Program-made: the position numbers and the translations under genes
In this document: one piece after another, positions 39,617 through 49,069 of the stretch
How positions within the stretch are numbered: position 1 is the first letter of the stretch
Layout of the letters: each line of letters starts with the position of its first letter
DNA from: Deltaproteobacteria bacterium
GTDB lineage: Bacteria > SAR324 > NAC60-12
Assembly (NCBI GenBank): GCA_038150265.1
Contig: JAYOTF010000003.1
Location: forward strand, 32,001 to 96,000
DNA length: 64,000 bases
Direction of reading: 5' to 3'
Notes under the pieces: model-generated
The model's database searches: none
Seen by the model: the letters and a program-made list of their open reading frames with translations, nothing else
Told to the model about the DNA's origin: nothing

Positions 39617-40561
39617 GTGAGCGACTTTCACCACATTCCCGTTCTCCTCCATGAGGTGCTGGAGCAGGTTCCGGAGGCTGCCGATGCGCTGCTCGACTGC
39701 ACCCTGGGCGGAGCGGGACACAGCCTGGCGCTGCTGGACCACCTGCCAGAGGCTCAGCTTCGGGGCATCGACCGCGACCCCAACGCCGTGGCTGCCGCTA
39801 CGGAACGCCTGCAGGCACGCTTCCCTGAGCGCATCAAGACGCGGCAGGCCAAGTTTTCGGAGCTGCAGGCGTACCTTGCCCTCTGGCGGTTGAAGTACGA
39901 CTTCGTTCTTGCCGATGTCGGGGTGTCCTCCGAACAGCTCAGCCGGGGGGCCCGCGGGTTTTCGTTCATGGAAAACGGCCCCCTCGACATGCGCATGAAC
40001 CCGGAAGAGTCTGTTCCCACTGCCGCCCAGCTGCTGGAACGGACCCGAGAAGCCGAGCTGCGGAAGTGGCTGAAGGTCTATGGTGAGGAACGCTTTGCTC
40101 CGCAGATTGCCAAGGCGATCGTTGAGCAGCGCAGCCAGCGTCCCCTCCAAACGACTCAGGAGCTTGCCGAGCTCGTCCACCGCGTGATCCCGAAGCGTTT
40201 TCACAAGCCCCACTTCAACCCTGCCACCTTGACCTTCCAGGCCCTCCGGATTGTTGTCAACCGGGAGTTGCGAGAGCTGGAGCTCCTGCTGGAACTGATC
40301 CCGAGCTTCCTCAAGGAAAACGGCCGGCTCGCCATCATTTCCTTCCACTCGCTGGAAGACCGGCTGGTCAAGCAGACCTTCCGGACCTGGGAAGCGCCCT
40401 GTACCTGTCCGCCCAAGCTGCCGTACTGCGTCTGTGGGCTCAAGCCCAGGGGCCGGGTGCTCACACGCCGCCCCGTGACCGCCAGCGATGAAGAAATGAA
40501 AGCCAACCCCCGGAGTCGCAGCGCCAAGCTCCGTGTCTTCGAGTTTCACTCCGAGTCATGA
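39617..40561 (+). CDS. rsmH: 16S rRNA m4C1402 methyltransferase
   Basis: HIPVLLHE, DCTLGGAGHS, DVGVSS, PLDMRM, YGEE, FQALRI, ISFHSLEDRLVK, NPRSRSAKLR. Confidence 0.97.
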   Translation: MSDFHHIPVLLHEVLEQVPEAADALLDCTLGGAGHSLALLDHLPEAQLRGIDRDPNAVAAATERLQARFPERIKTRQAKFSELQAYLALWRLKYDFVLADVGVSSEQLSRGARGFSFMENGPLDMRMNPEESVPTAAQLLERTREAELRKWLKVYGEERFAPQIAKAIVEQRSQRPLQTTQELAELVHRVIPKRFHKPHFNPATLTFQALRIVVNRELRELELLLELIPSFLKENGRLAIISFHSLEDRLVKQTFRTWEAPCTCPPKLPYCVCGLKPRGRVLTRRPVTASDEEMKANPRSRSAKLRVFEFHSES

Positions 40562-41004
40562 TTGAAATCAGCTATTTTGAATCAATGGAAGGATCTGTGG
40601 AAGAAGCCCCCATCCGGGACGCGCTGATGGTGTTTCTGCCGTTGCTCTTTTCCGGAGAGCGCACCCTCTCCCTGCACCTGACAGGCGATGAGGAAATGCG
40701 TGAGTTGAACCGGGAGTACCGAGGGAAGGACCGAACGACCGATGTGCTTTCCTGGTCGTACTTTGAGGACGATCCGGAGGCGCCCCATGTCGGCGACCTG
40801 GCCGTTTCTCTGGATCAGGTGCAGCGGCAGGCTGAGCAGTATGGATGGGATCAGCAAACGGAGTTGCTCCGGATGCTCGCTCACGGCTGCGTTCACCTTG
40901 CCGGGTGGGATCATGAGCGTTCGGAAGACGAAGCCCGAGAAATGCTGGCCCGGGAAGAGGCTCTGCTCGCCGCGATTGGCTTGCCCGACCTCTACCGGTC
41001 CTGA
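40558..41004 (+). CDS. ybeY: rRNA maturation endoribonuclease YbeY
   Basis: MRELNREYRGKDRTTDVLSW; HGCVHLAGWDH metal-binding motif. Confidence 0.95.
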   Translation: MIEISYFESMEGSVEEAPIRDALMVFLPLLFSGERTLSLHLTGDEEMRELNREYRGKDRTTDVLSWSYFEDDPEAPHVGDLAVSLDQVQRQAEQYGWDQQTELLRMLAHGCVHLAGWDHERSEDEAREMLAREEALLAAIGLPDLYRS

Positions 41005-41005
41005 G

Positions 41006-42496
41006 TCAGCAGCGGATCTTCCGGACGGTGATGCCGTATTTTTCAATCCGGTACCGCAGCTGACGAAGCGAAATGCCGAGCTGCTTTGCGGCCCGCTGCT
41101 GCACCCCTCGGCAGTCTCGCAAGGCTCCTTCAATGGCCCGCACCTCCTCTTCTTCAAGGCTCAGGGCCGTCTGAGGCTTCATCAGCTTTTCCTCGTGACG
41201 CTCCAGCAACTGCACCGAATTCTGATGCGTCGCCAGCATGGTCCGGATCGCCAGTCGGTTGTTCTCAGCCATCAAGAAGGCGGACTGCACCACATTCTGC
41301 AACTCCCGGATGTTCCCGGGCCAGTCATGCTGCTCCAGCAACCGTAGCTCTTCTTCCGGACACAGCACCTGCTGACCATACTCGGCATTGAAGTCGGCCA
41401 GAAACTTCCGGACCAGCAACGGGATATCGTCCTTGCGCTTCCGGAGCGGCACCAGCTCCAGCGGCACCACGTTGATGCGGTAGAAGAGGTCTTCCCGGAA
41501 GGTGCCCTGCGCAATGGCCGTTTCCAGGGGGGCATTCGTGGCACACACCACCCGGACGTCGACCGTCACCGTTTCTTCGCCGCCGAGTCGCTCAAAGGTG
41601 CCTTCCTGCAGCACCCGGAGGAGCTTCGCCTGCAGTTCCAGGGAGGTGTTGCCCACCTCATCCAGAAAGAGGGTTCCCCCATCTGCCAGCTCAAACCAGC
41701 CTCGTCGGCGTCCGGTTGCTCCGGTGAACGCCCCCTTCTCGTGTCCGAACAGTTCGCTCTCCAGCAGCGTGTTGCTGAGGGCGCCGCAGTTGACCACCTT
41801 GAATGGAGCATTGCGGCGCAGGCTGTGGCGGTGGATGGCATTGGCAAAGAGCTCCTTGCCGGTTCCGCTCTCTCCACGCAGCAGCACCGTTGCTCGACTT
41901 GGGGAAATGCGCCGGACCATTTCCGCCAGCCGGATCATCTGGCTGTTGCCCGACACCACCCCTTCCAGCACTTCCGGGACATCAGGCTCTTCGACCTCGC
42001 GGATGACGCGTCCCCGGAGGCCATAGGCCTTCAGCGAGAGGGTGATCATGCCCGCCAGAAGCCGGAGCGCCTGCACCGTCGCCGAAGGAGACTGCGGCTC
42101 CAGCCAGCCGCACAGCATGCCCTGCGGAAGCTCGTTTCCGCCCCGCAACGGGAAGGAGTAGAACATGCGCCCCGGTCGCATCAAGGGCGCCTCAAAGGGA
42201 AGAATCGTCGCATTGACCTCGTGAGGAGCCAGGAGGAGTTCGTGGTGCAACGACTCCAGGAAGTCCTTGCGCTGCTTCTTCCAGAGGCGGTTCTGCGCCG
42301 CCTTTTCTTCTTCGGAAATGGATGGGGCCAGCTCAATGAAGTACCGCTGGGTCACCGAGTCGCTGAGCAGCAGCAGTGGGTTTTCCACCAGCCCTGCGTC
42401 CTGAATCAGACACAGCAGGGTGTTGAGGCTGCGGGTCAGGTTTTGGGAGTGAATGAGGAGCCGGGAGGCCTGTTCCAGTAATTCTAGGGCACGCAT
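41006..42496 (-). CDS. Sigma54-dependent activator with N-terminal GAF-like domain (NifA-like architecture)
   Basis: GESGTGKE, ELFGHEKGAFTGA, LFLDEVG, FREDLFYR, WPGNIREL, Fis-type HTH; no receiver domain. Confidence 0.92.
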   Translation of the reverse strand: MRALELLEQASRLLIHSQNLTRSLNTLLCLIQDAGLVENPLLLLSDSVTQRYFIELAPSISEEEKAAQNRLWKKQRKDFLESLHHELLLAPHEVNATILPFEAPLMRPGRMFYSFPLRGGNELPQGMLCGWLEPQSPSATVQALRLLAGMITLSLKAYGLRGRVIREVEEPDVPEVLEGVVSGNSQMIRLAEMVRRISPSRATVLLRGESGTGKELFANAIHRHSLRRNAPFKVVNCGALSNTLLESELFGHEKGAFTGATGRRRGWFELADGGTLFLDEVGNTSLELQAKLLRVLQEGTFERLGGEETVTVDVRVVCATNAPLETAIAQGTFREDLFYRINVVPLELVPLRKRKDDIPLLVRKFLADFNAEYGQQVLCPEEELRLLEQHDWPGNIRELQNVVQSAFLMAENNRLAIRTMLATHQNSVQLLERHEEKLMKPQTALSLEEEEVRAIEGALRDCRGVQQRAAKQLGISLRQLRYRIEKYGITVRKIRC

Positions 42497-42532
42497 GAGG
42501 TGGAGCAGTGTCAGGTTTCGTTCCCTTCCTGC

Positions 42533-42548
42533 TTCAAGCGTTATGCCA
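42533..42548 (-). promoter_or_regulatory. Candidate sigma54-type promoter upstream of the activator
   Basis: Minus strand TGGCATAACGCTTGAA (GG-N10-GA, non-canonical -12). Confidence 0.35.
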
Positions 42549-42693
42549 TTTTTTTCCTCAAAAAAATGAGGGGTTTACCAGATTTTCCAGGATCAGCGGG
42601 TGGTTAGGAAAGCGGCACACTGCTCAAGAAACAGGCAGCCTGGCCGCTTCATCTGACACAGGCAGCGGACCCCACAGAGCCCGCCGCAGAGGA

Positions 42694-44091
42694 TCAGGGG
42701 ATCGTCCGGATCTGCATCGAGTTGACGTACCCTTCCGGAGTCAGGCTATCTGCAAAGATGATCACCTTGTCGCCCGGAACAAAGTGTTCGCTCAGCTTGA
42801 GGCGCATCAGGGCCGCCTGAATGTTGTCCTCCGGATTCTCGGAAAACTCATCCAGCAGGAAGGGGAGGACGCCTCGGTTGAAGACCATGCCCCGGTACGT
42901 CTGTTCGTTGTTGGTGAAGGCATAAATGCCAATGTCTCGGGGACGCCAATTCGAGACGTACATGGCGCCTCGGCCGTAGCGGGTGAGGACCACAATGCCC
43001 TTCATGCGCAGGTTCGAGGCAATGTTGGCGACGGCTTCCGCCAGGTGCTGACGATTGCTCGTCTTGAACTGCTTGTCCGTGAAGCGCACCCCCGGAAACT
43101 GTTCCGTCCGGCGGGCCACACGGGCCAGGGTTTCCACACAGCGGACCGGGTGCTTCCCGGTTGAGGTCTCCCCGGAGAGCATGATCGCATCAGCCTGCTC
43201 ATAAACCGCGTTGGCAATGTCCGTCACCTCCGCTCGGGTGGGCACCGGGTTCTCGATCATCGACTCCAGCATCTGCGTGGCGACCACGAGGCGTTTGCCG
43301 TAAATGGCACACAGGTACGCGATGCGGCGCTGAATCTGGGGCAACTCCTCCATGTCGATCTCAATCCCAAGGTCTCCGCGGGCCACCATGATGCCGTCAG
43401 CTTCCTGAACAATGCTCTCCAGGTTGTCCACGCCTTCCTGATTTTCGATCTTGGCGATGATCCGGATGTGCTTCCCGGCTTCGCCCAGCAGCTCCCGGAC
43501 TTCCTGGATCGCCTCCTTGTTCCGCACAAACGACAGGGCAATCGCATCCACCTCCTGCTCGAGCCCGAAGAGGATGTCCCGCTTGTCGGTCTCGGTGATC
43601 GACGGCAGCTTGACGGAGACACCAGGCAGGTTGATGTGGCGCCGGGACTTCAGGTAGCCCGGATCCAGCACCTCGCAGTCGATGTAGTCCTCTCCCTTGG
43701 CCGCGACCCGGAGCTTCACCAGCCCGCTGTCCACAGCAATCGTTCCGCCGATCTCCACCTGCTCCACCAGGTAGGGGTAGTTGACGAACAGCTCGCCGTC
43801 CCGCTCTTCATGAGGAGGCATGGTCACCCGGACGGTATCGCCGCAGTGCAGTTCCACCTCCTTGGAACCCGTCCGGATCTCGGGTCCCTGGGTGTCCAGC
43901 AAAATGGCAATGGGGTAGTTCAGGGTCTTGTTCAGCTCCTTGATGCGCCCAATGATGGCTCCGTGGGACTCGTGGGTGCCATGGGAAAAGTTCAGACGCG
44001 CGACGCTCATGCCCGCTTGGGCCATCCGCTCCAGCATTTCATAGGAGTGGCTGGCGGGCCCGATGGTGCAGATGATTTTGGTATTCAGCAT
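42694..44091 (-). CDS. pyk: Pyruvate kinase
   Basis: TKIICTIGPAS, RLNFSHG, DTQGPEIRTG, IAKIEN, MVARGDLG, ATQMLESM, MLSGET. Confidence 0.98.
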   Translation of the reverse strand: MLNTKIICTIGPASHSYEMLERMAQAGMSVARLNFSHGTHESHGAIIGRIKELNKTLNYPIAILLDTQGPEIRTGSKEVELHCGDTVRVTMPPHEERDGELFVNYPYLVEQVEIGGTIAVDSGLVKLRVAAKGEDYIDCEVLDPGYLKSRRHINLPGVSVKLPSITETDKRDILFGLEQEVDAIALSFVRNKEAIQEVRELLGEAGKHIRIIAKIENQEGVDNLESIVQEADGIMVARGDLGIEIDMEELPQIQRRIAYLCAIYGKRLVVATQMLESMIENPVPTRAEVTDIANAVYEQADAIMLSGETSTGKHPVRCVETLARVARRTEQFPGVRFTDKQFKTSNRQHLAEAVANIASNLRMKGIVVLTRYGRGAMYVSNWRPRDIGIYAFTNNEQTYRGMVFNRGVLPFLLDEFSENPEDNIQAALMRLKLSEHFVPGDKVIIFADSLTPEGYVNSMQIRTIP

Positions 44092-44238
44092 GTTTGGGAT
44101 GTGGTGTATTTGGAACCATTACAGCAAGTTGCAGCTTGCCCTCGCTCTCAAAAACATCCAGCATACACTGTTCCGTTAAAAACGCACTTCTCAATCGTGG
44201 GTTTGTTCCTCTGCCCACCCGACTCTCCCCTGCTGAAG

Positions 44239-44850
44239 ATGATTGCCTACCTCGAAGGCTCCGTGCTCCGTGTTGCTGCTGATGGGCTGGTGCTGAAAAC
44301 CACGGGCGGCGTGGGCTATGCGGTGCACGTTCCTCAAAACCTGCTGACGTCTCTCCGTCCGGAGGAGGAGCTGACCCTGCACGTGTACACCCAGGTCCGA
44401 GAGGATGAGCTCACCCTCTACGGGTTTGGCCACCCGGATGAGCGGACGCTCTTCGAGATGCTCATCAAGACCTCCGGGGTGGGGCCCAAGATGGCGCTGG
44501 CGACTCTCTCCACGCTGGCGCCCCCGGACCTCGTCGCTGCTGTGGAGCGAGGCGATGCCGAAGCCTTCAGCCGGGTTCCCGGCATTGGAAAGAAAACCGC
44601 GGCCAAGCTCTGCCTCGACATGCGGGACCAGCTCAAGAAGCACCCGCTGCCCAACCTGACTTCCGGAGCCAGCGCAGACTTTGTGCTTCCCGGCGCCAAT
44701 GACACCGACGGCGACGGTGTGCTGTCCGCTCTGAAGAACATGGGGTTTGCCGAGCGGGAGGTGGGGCCCATCCTCCGTCAGTTGGATCCGGAGGGATCGT
44801 TTGAGGAACGCTTCAAGAAAGCGCTTTCCTTGTTGAATCCTCTGCGTTAA
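44239..44850 (+). CDS. ruvA: Holliday junction branch migration protein RuvA
   Basis: MIAYLEG, GGVGYAV, VREDELTLYGF, SGVGPKMAL, VPGIGKKTA; true start ATG 44239. Confidence 0.96.
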   Translation: MIAYLEGSVLRVAADGLVLKTTGGVGYAVHVPQNLLTSLRPEEELTLHVYTQVREDELTLYGFGHPDERTLFEMLIKTSGVGPKMALATLSTLAPPDLVAAVERGDAEAFSRVPGIGKKTAAKLCLDMRDQLKKHPLPNLTSGASADFVLPGANDTDGDGVLSALKNMGFAEREVGPILRQLDPEGSFEERFKKALSLLNPLR

Positions 44851-44895
44851 AAAGGGGCCGACTCCACTTTTTAACCTCCTAACCAACGAGACACC

Positions 44896-45363
44896 ATGGC
44901 CAGCCTCAACAAAGTAATGCTGATCGGCAACCTCGGACGTGACCCAGAAATCCGCTACACCCAGAGCGGCAGTGCCGTGGCCAATTTTTCCATTGCCACC
45001 ACCGACCGTTGGACCGACAAGAGCGGACAGCTGCAGGAGCGCACCGAGTGGCACAACATTGTGCTCTTCGACCGCCTCGCGGACCTTGCCCAGTCGTACC
45101 TGAAGAAGGGGTCTCAGGTCTTCATTGAAGGCAAGCTGCAGACCCGCAACTGGGACGATCAGCAAGGCGTCAAGCACTACCGGACCGAAGTGGTGGGCAA
45201 CATCATGCAGTTCCTCGACCGGCGTCCCACGCAGGGAGCGGGTTCCTCTGAAGAAGCAGCTCCGGCTGCCAGCGCGCCCGCCCGTTCCCAGCCCCAGGCC
45301 ACTGAAGCGGTCTCCGATCCGGGCCCCAGCGAAGAGTACATCAAGGACGACATCCCGTTCTGA
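44896..45363 (+). CDS. ssb: Single-stranded DNA-binding protein
   Basis: [19 protein letters not shown], acidic tail DDIPF. Confidence 0.98.
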   Translation: MASLNKVMLIGNLGRDPEIRYTQSGSAVANFSIATTDRWTDKSGQLQERTEWHNIVLFDRLADLAQSYLKKGSQVFIEGKLQTRNWDDQQGVKHYRTEVVGNIMQFLDRRPTQGAGSSEEAAPAASAPARSQPQATEAVSDPGPSEEYIKDDIPF

Positions 45364-45473
45364 GCCTCCCGTTCCACTTCCCCACCAGGCTCCGGAGGCG
45401 AGGCCTCCGCCCTGTTCTCTGCCGCCCTGCTCCGCTTGCGGGTCCGGACGGCCTCTGAACCGACTTCACGCGC

Positions 45474-48400
45474 ATGCGCCTCAAAAGCCTGAAGGCCTCT
45501 GGTTTCAAATCCTTCTGCCATCCGGTGGAGCTGGAGTTTCAGCAAAATGGGATCACCATTGTGGTGGGGCCCAATGGGTGCGGCAAGAGCAACGTCGTTG
45601 ATGCCATCCGCTGGGTGCTGGGCGAGCAGCGAGCACGCCACCTGCGAGGCGGCTCCATGGAAGACGTCATCTTTGCCGGAAGCGCTTTCCAGAAGCCCTC
45701 CGGCGTGGCAGAAGTCACCCTTACCTTCCTCAACCCTCAGGGCGATACCCTCCGCCAGTACCACGAGTACACCGAGATCGCTGTCACCCGACGCCTCTAC
45801 CGCAACGGCGAGAGTGCCTACCTCATCAACAAGACACCGGTGCGCCTCATGGACATCCGGGAGCTGTTCATGGACACGGGGGTCGGCGGCACCGGCTACT
45901 CCATTGTCGAGCAGGGCCGCGTCGGAGAAATGGTCAGCGCCAAGCCCTCGGAACGCCGCACCCTCATTGACGACGCTGCCGGCATCATCAAGTTCCGGAC
46001 CAAGCGTCAGACCGCTGAAAGGCGCCTGGAGGAAACCCAGCAGAACCTCCTGCGCGTCAATGACCTGCTGGGTGAACTCAAGGATCAGGAAGAAGCCCTG
46101 CGGGAGCAGGTAGAAAAGGCCCAGACCTACCTGGACCTGCAGAAACGGAGCGCGGAACTGGAGCTGCAGTACACCCTGCTCCAGTGGGCACAGGCACAGG
46201 AACAGGAGCAGGCAACCCAGCAGGCGCTGACTCACCTGCAGCAGCAGCAGCAGAGCCAGCAGACCGAAAAGGACGTCCTTGATGCCCGGCTTCAGCAGGT
46301 CAGCCTGGAGCAGGTTCAGCGCAGCACCCGACTCTCCGAAAAACGGGACGCGGTGCACCAGCAGGAACGCCGCATCCAGGAAGCAGAAAACCAGCGGGCA
46401 CTGGAACAGCAGAGCATCGCCAACCTCCGGGAGCAGCAGACCCAGCGTGAGACCGAACGCGAGGCCCTCCACCAGCGTCGGGAAGAGCTGGAAGCCGAAC
46501 ACCACCGGGCCCTTGCCCAAAGCGAACACCTGAGCGACCAGGAAGTTCAGCTCCGGGAAGAGATTGAGGCCGCCGAAGCAGCCCGGCTGAGCGAAAACCA
46601 GGCCCTCCAGGAGGCGCAGCGTCAGCTTCAGGCCGCCCAGCGGGAGCTGCTCCGCCTGCACACCGACCTCACCAACCAGACCAACCAGCGCGGCTTCCTG
46701 ACTGAACGGCTTGACCAGCTGGAGGGGCGCCGGATCCAGCTTCAGGCCCAGCAACAGACCGGCGAGGCCCTCTTCCTCAACCTCCAGCGCCAGCGCGATG
46801 AACAACGCGCCACCCTCGACGCTCAACAAACCCGGCAGGAGGCACTGGAGCTGCAGCGAGACGAACTGGACGCCCAGCTTCAGGAGCAGGCCACACAGGT
46901 TTCCAGTGCAGAAGCCCGGCTCCGGGACCTCCAGCAGCAAGAAGCCACCAAGCGCTCTCGCCTGCAGTCCCTTCAGCAGATTCAGCAGCAGCATGAAGGC
47001 TTTGGCGACAGCACCCGCGCCTTCCTCGACCTGCTGGAGCAGCATCCGGAACAGGCTGAGGCGCTCGGCGTGGTCGGTCTGCTCGCCGACACCGTGGAGG
47101 TTCCTCCGGACGCACTGGAGCAAGTCGCCCCCGTCTTGGCCGAGATGCTGGACTGGGTGCTGGTCCGCAGCACGGCTCACCTGCCGGAGCTGGAACGCTT
47201 CTGCCTGCAGCACCAGCTTGGGCGCCTGAATGTGGTGCCCCTGGACCTCCTTCCGCCTCCTTCAAACGAGCCGGGCCCCAGCCTCTGGAATCAATTGCAG
47301 TGTGCTGAATCCGTTCGGCCCTGGGCTGAGGCGTTCTTTGGAACCATCCACCCGACCACCTCCAGTTGGGCAGCGCTGCCCCAGGCGCTCCACTCGGCTG
47401 AACACTGGATCAATGACGCCGGAAGCTTCTGGTTTGCCAACAGCTTGCGCCTTGGCAAGCTTCAGGAAAGCGCCCTTGGGGTCCTCAAACGACAGCAAGA
47501 GGTTCGGGAACTCGAAGACGCCACCCAGCAGCTGGAAGCCGCAGTGGAGGCGCAGCGTCAAACCCTGGACACCCTTCAGGAACAACAGGAGCAACGGCTG
47601 GCACAGCGAGAGGAAATTCTGGGGCAACTCCGGACCCTGGAGCTGGATGGGCTGGCTTTCCGAAAGGAGCTGGAGCACACCGAGCTGGAGCTCCGTCGTG
47701 CTGAGCAGGCCCGTCAGACCGTGCAACAGGATCTCGAAAACCTGGCCCAAGAGGCTCAGGCTCTGCGGCAGCGGCAAGACGCCACCGAGGCGAAGCTGCA
47801 GGAGCTGGAAGCCGGACGGCAGCTCCGCGAAACGGAAGTCGAGCAGCAGCAGCAGCACATCGACCAGCAGGCTCAAAAGATGGAGGCCCTGGGGGAGAAC
47901 CTGACGGAAAAACGCGTCCGCCTCTCAGAGTTGCAGGAGCAGCTTCGGGGACTCAACGCCACCCAGCAGCGGGTGGAACGCGAGCAAGACACCACACGCT
48001 TGCGCCTCGAACACCTGCAGACGGCTCAGGCTCTGGAAGGGGAGAGGCTGGAGACCAGTCGCCAGCGCATCGAAGCCATTGACGCCAGCTTTGGGAGGCT
48101 CCTTCAGGAGCGCCAGACCCTTCAGGAAGAGCTGGCAGAAGAGTCTCGGCAGCATGCGGCCCAGGATGTTGTGCAGGAGGAACTCCGGAGCCAGCTCCGG
48201 AGCCAGCAAAGCCACCTGGAGGAAACCAGCCGCCAGTTCAATGCGGCTGCAATCAAGCTGACGGAATTCCGGATGCAGCGCACGCAGTGGGAAGAGAAGG
48301 TGGCGGAACTCAGTGACACCCCCCTGGAACAGCTACGCCAGGAGGTTCCGGACACCCCTGAGGACTTCCAGGAGACGAGCCGTGAAATCCGTTCCCTCCG

Positions 48401-49031
48401 AGCCCGGATGAATGCCATGGGCGCCGTCAACCTCACGGCTCCGGAAGAGCATGCCGCGCTGCTGGAGCGTCTCGGCTTCATTGCCACCCAGTCCGGAGAC
48501 CTGCAGCAGGCGGTGGAGGACCTCAAGTCAACCATCCACGACATCAACCGCGAGTCTCGCAAACGCTTCCGGGAGATGTTTGAGCAGATCAACCTCAAGT
48601 TCGGAGAGCTGTTTGCTTCCCTGTTCGGCGGAGGCGAGGCGCGCATGGTGCTGACTGATTCCGAAGACCTCCTGGAGGCCGGGGTGGAGATCGTGGCTCA
48701 GCCTCCGGGCAAGAAGCTGCAGAACCTGAACTTGCTTTCTGGTGGAGAAAAGGCCCTCACCGCCATCTCCCTCATCTTTGCCATTTTCCTCATCAAGCCG
48801 AGCCCGTTTTGTCTGCTCGATGAAGTCGATGCGCCGTTGGATGACGCCAATGTTTCCCGCTTCAATCAGCTCATCCGGAAGTTGACGGATAATGCGCAGT
48901 TCATCATAATTACTCACAATAAGAAAACGATGGAAATCGGCAATCGCCTGTATGGGATCACCATGGAAGAGCCCGGGATCTCCAAGACGGTGTCTGTTCG
49001 TTTTCAAGAGGCCGAACAACTGGTGAATTAG
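45474..49031 (+). CDS. smc: Chromosome segregation protein SMC
   Basis: GFKSF, GPNGCGKSN, long coiled coils, hinge, LSGGE, LLDEVDAPLD, ITH. Confidence 0.97.
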   Translation: MRLKSLKASGFKSFCHPVELEFQQNGITIVVGPNGCGKSNVVDAIRWVLGEQRARHLRGGSMEDVIFAGSAFQKPSGVAEVTLTFLNPQGDTLRQYHEYTEIAVTRRLYRNGESAYLINKTPVRLMDIRELFMDTGVGGTGYSIVEQGRVGEMVSAKPSERRTLIDDAAGIIKFRTKRQTAERRLEETQQNLLRVNDLLGELKDQEEALREQVEKAQTYLDLQKRSAELELQYTLLQWAQAQEQEQATQQALTHLQQQQQSQQTEKDVLDARLQQVSLEQVQRSTRLSEKRDAVHQQERRIQEAENQRALEQQSIANLREQQTQRETEREALHQRREELEAEHHRALAQSEHLSDQEVQLREEIEAAEAARLSENQALQEAQRQLQAAQRELLRLHTDLTNQTNQRGFLTERLDQLEGRRIQLQAQQQTGEALFLNLQRQRDEQRATLDAQQTRQEALELQRDELDAQLQEQATQVSSAEARLRDLQQQEATKRSRLQSLQQIQQQHEGFGDSTRAFLDLLEQHPEQAEALGVVGLLADTVEVPPDALEQVAPVLAEMLDWVLVRSTAHLPELERFCLQHQLGRLNVVPLDLLPPPSNEPGPSLWNQLQCAESVRPWAEAFFGTIHPTTSSWAALPQALHSAEHWINDAGSFWFANSLRLGKLQESALGVLKRQQEVRELEDATQQLEAAVEAQRQTLDTLQEQQEQRLAQREEILGQLRTLELDGLAFRKELEHTELELRRAEQARQTVQQDLENLAQEAQALRQRQDATEAKLQELEAGRQLRETEVEQQQQHIDQQAQKMEALGENLTEKRVRLSELQEQLRGLNATQQRVEREQDTTRLRLEHLQTAQALEGERLETSRQRIEAIDASFGRLLQERQTLQEELAEESRQHAAQDVVQEELRSQLRSQQSHLEETSRQFNAAAIKLTEFRMQRTQWEEKVAELSDTPLEQLRQEVPDTPEDFQETSREIRSLRARMNAMGAVNLTAPEEHAALLERLGFIATQSGDLQQAVEDLKSTIHDINRESRKRFREMFEQINLKFGELFASLFGGGEARMVLTDSEDLLEAGVEIVAQPPGKKLQNLNLLSGGEKALTAISLIFAIFLIKPSPFCLLDEVDAPLDDANVSRFNQLIRKLTDNAQFIIITHNKKTMEIGNRLYGITMEEPGISKTVSVRFQEAEQLVN

Positions 49032-49069
49032 CCGTTGCGGCGCTTTCTCTCTCAAGCAGTGACAGGATC

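Noticed and set aside
43468..44238. Long N-terminal extension on ruvA (similar ORF-track extensions on dctD, sodB, phyH, fusA, oppF)
   Set aside because: The extensions overlap neighbouring genes or promoters; family-typical starts lie downstream.
45177..47213. 678-aa Leu-rich minus-strand ORF
   Set aside because: Mirror of CAG-rich smc codons; not a real membrane protein.
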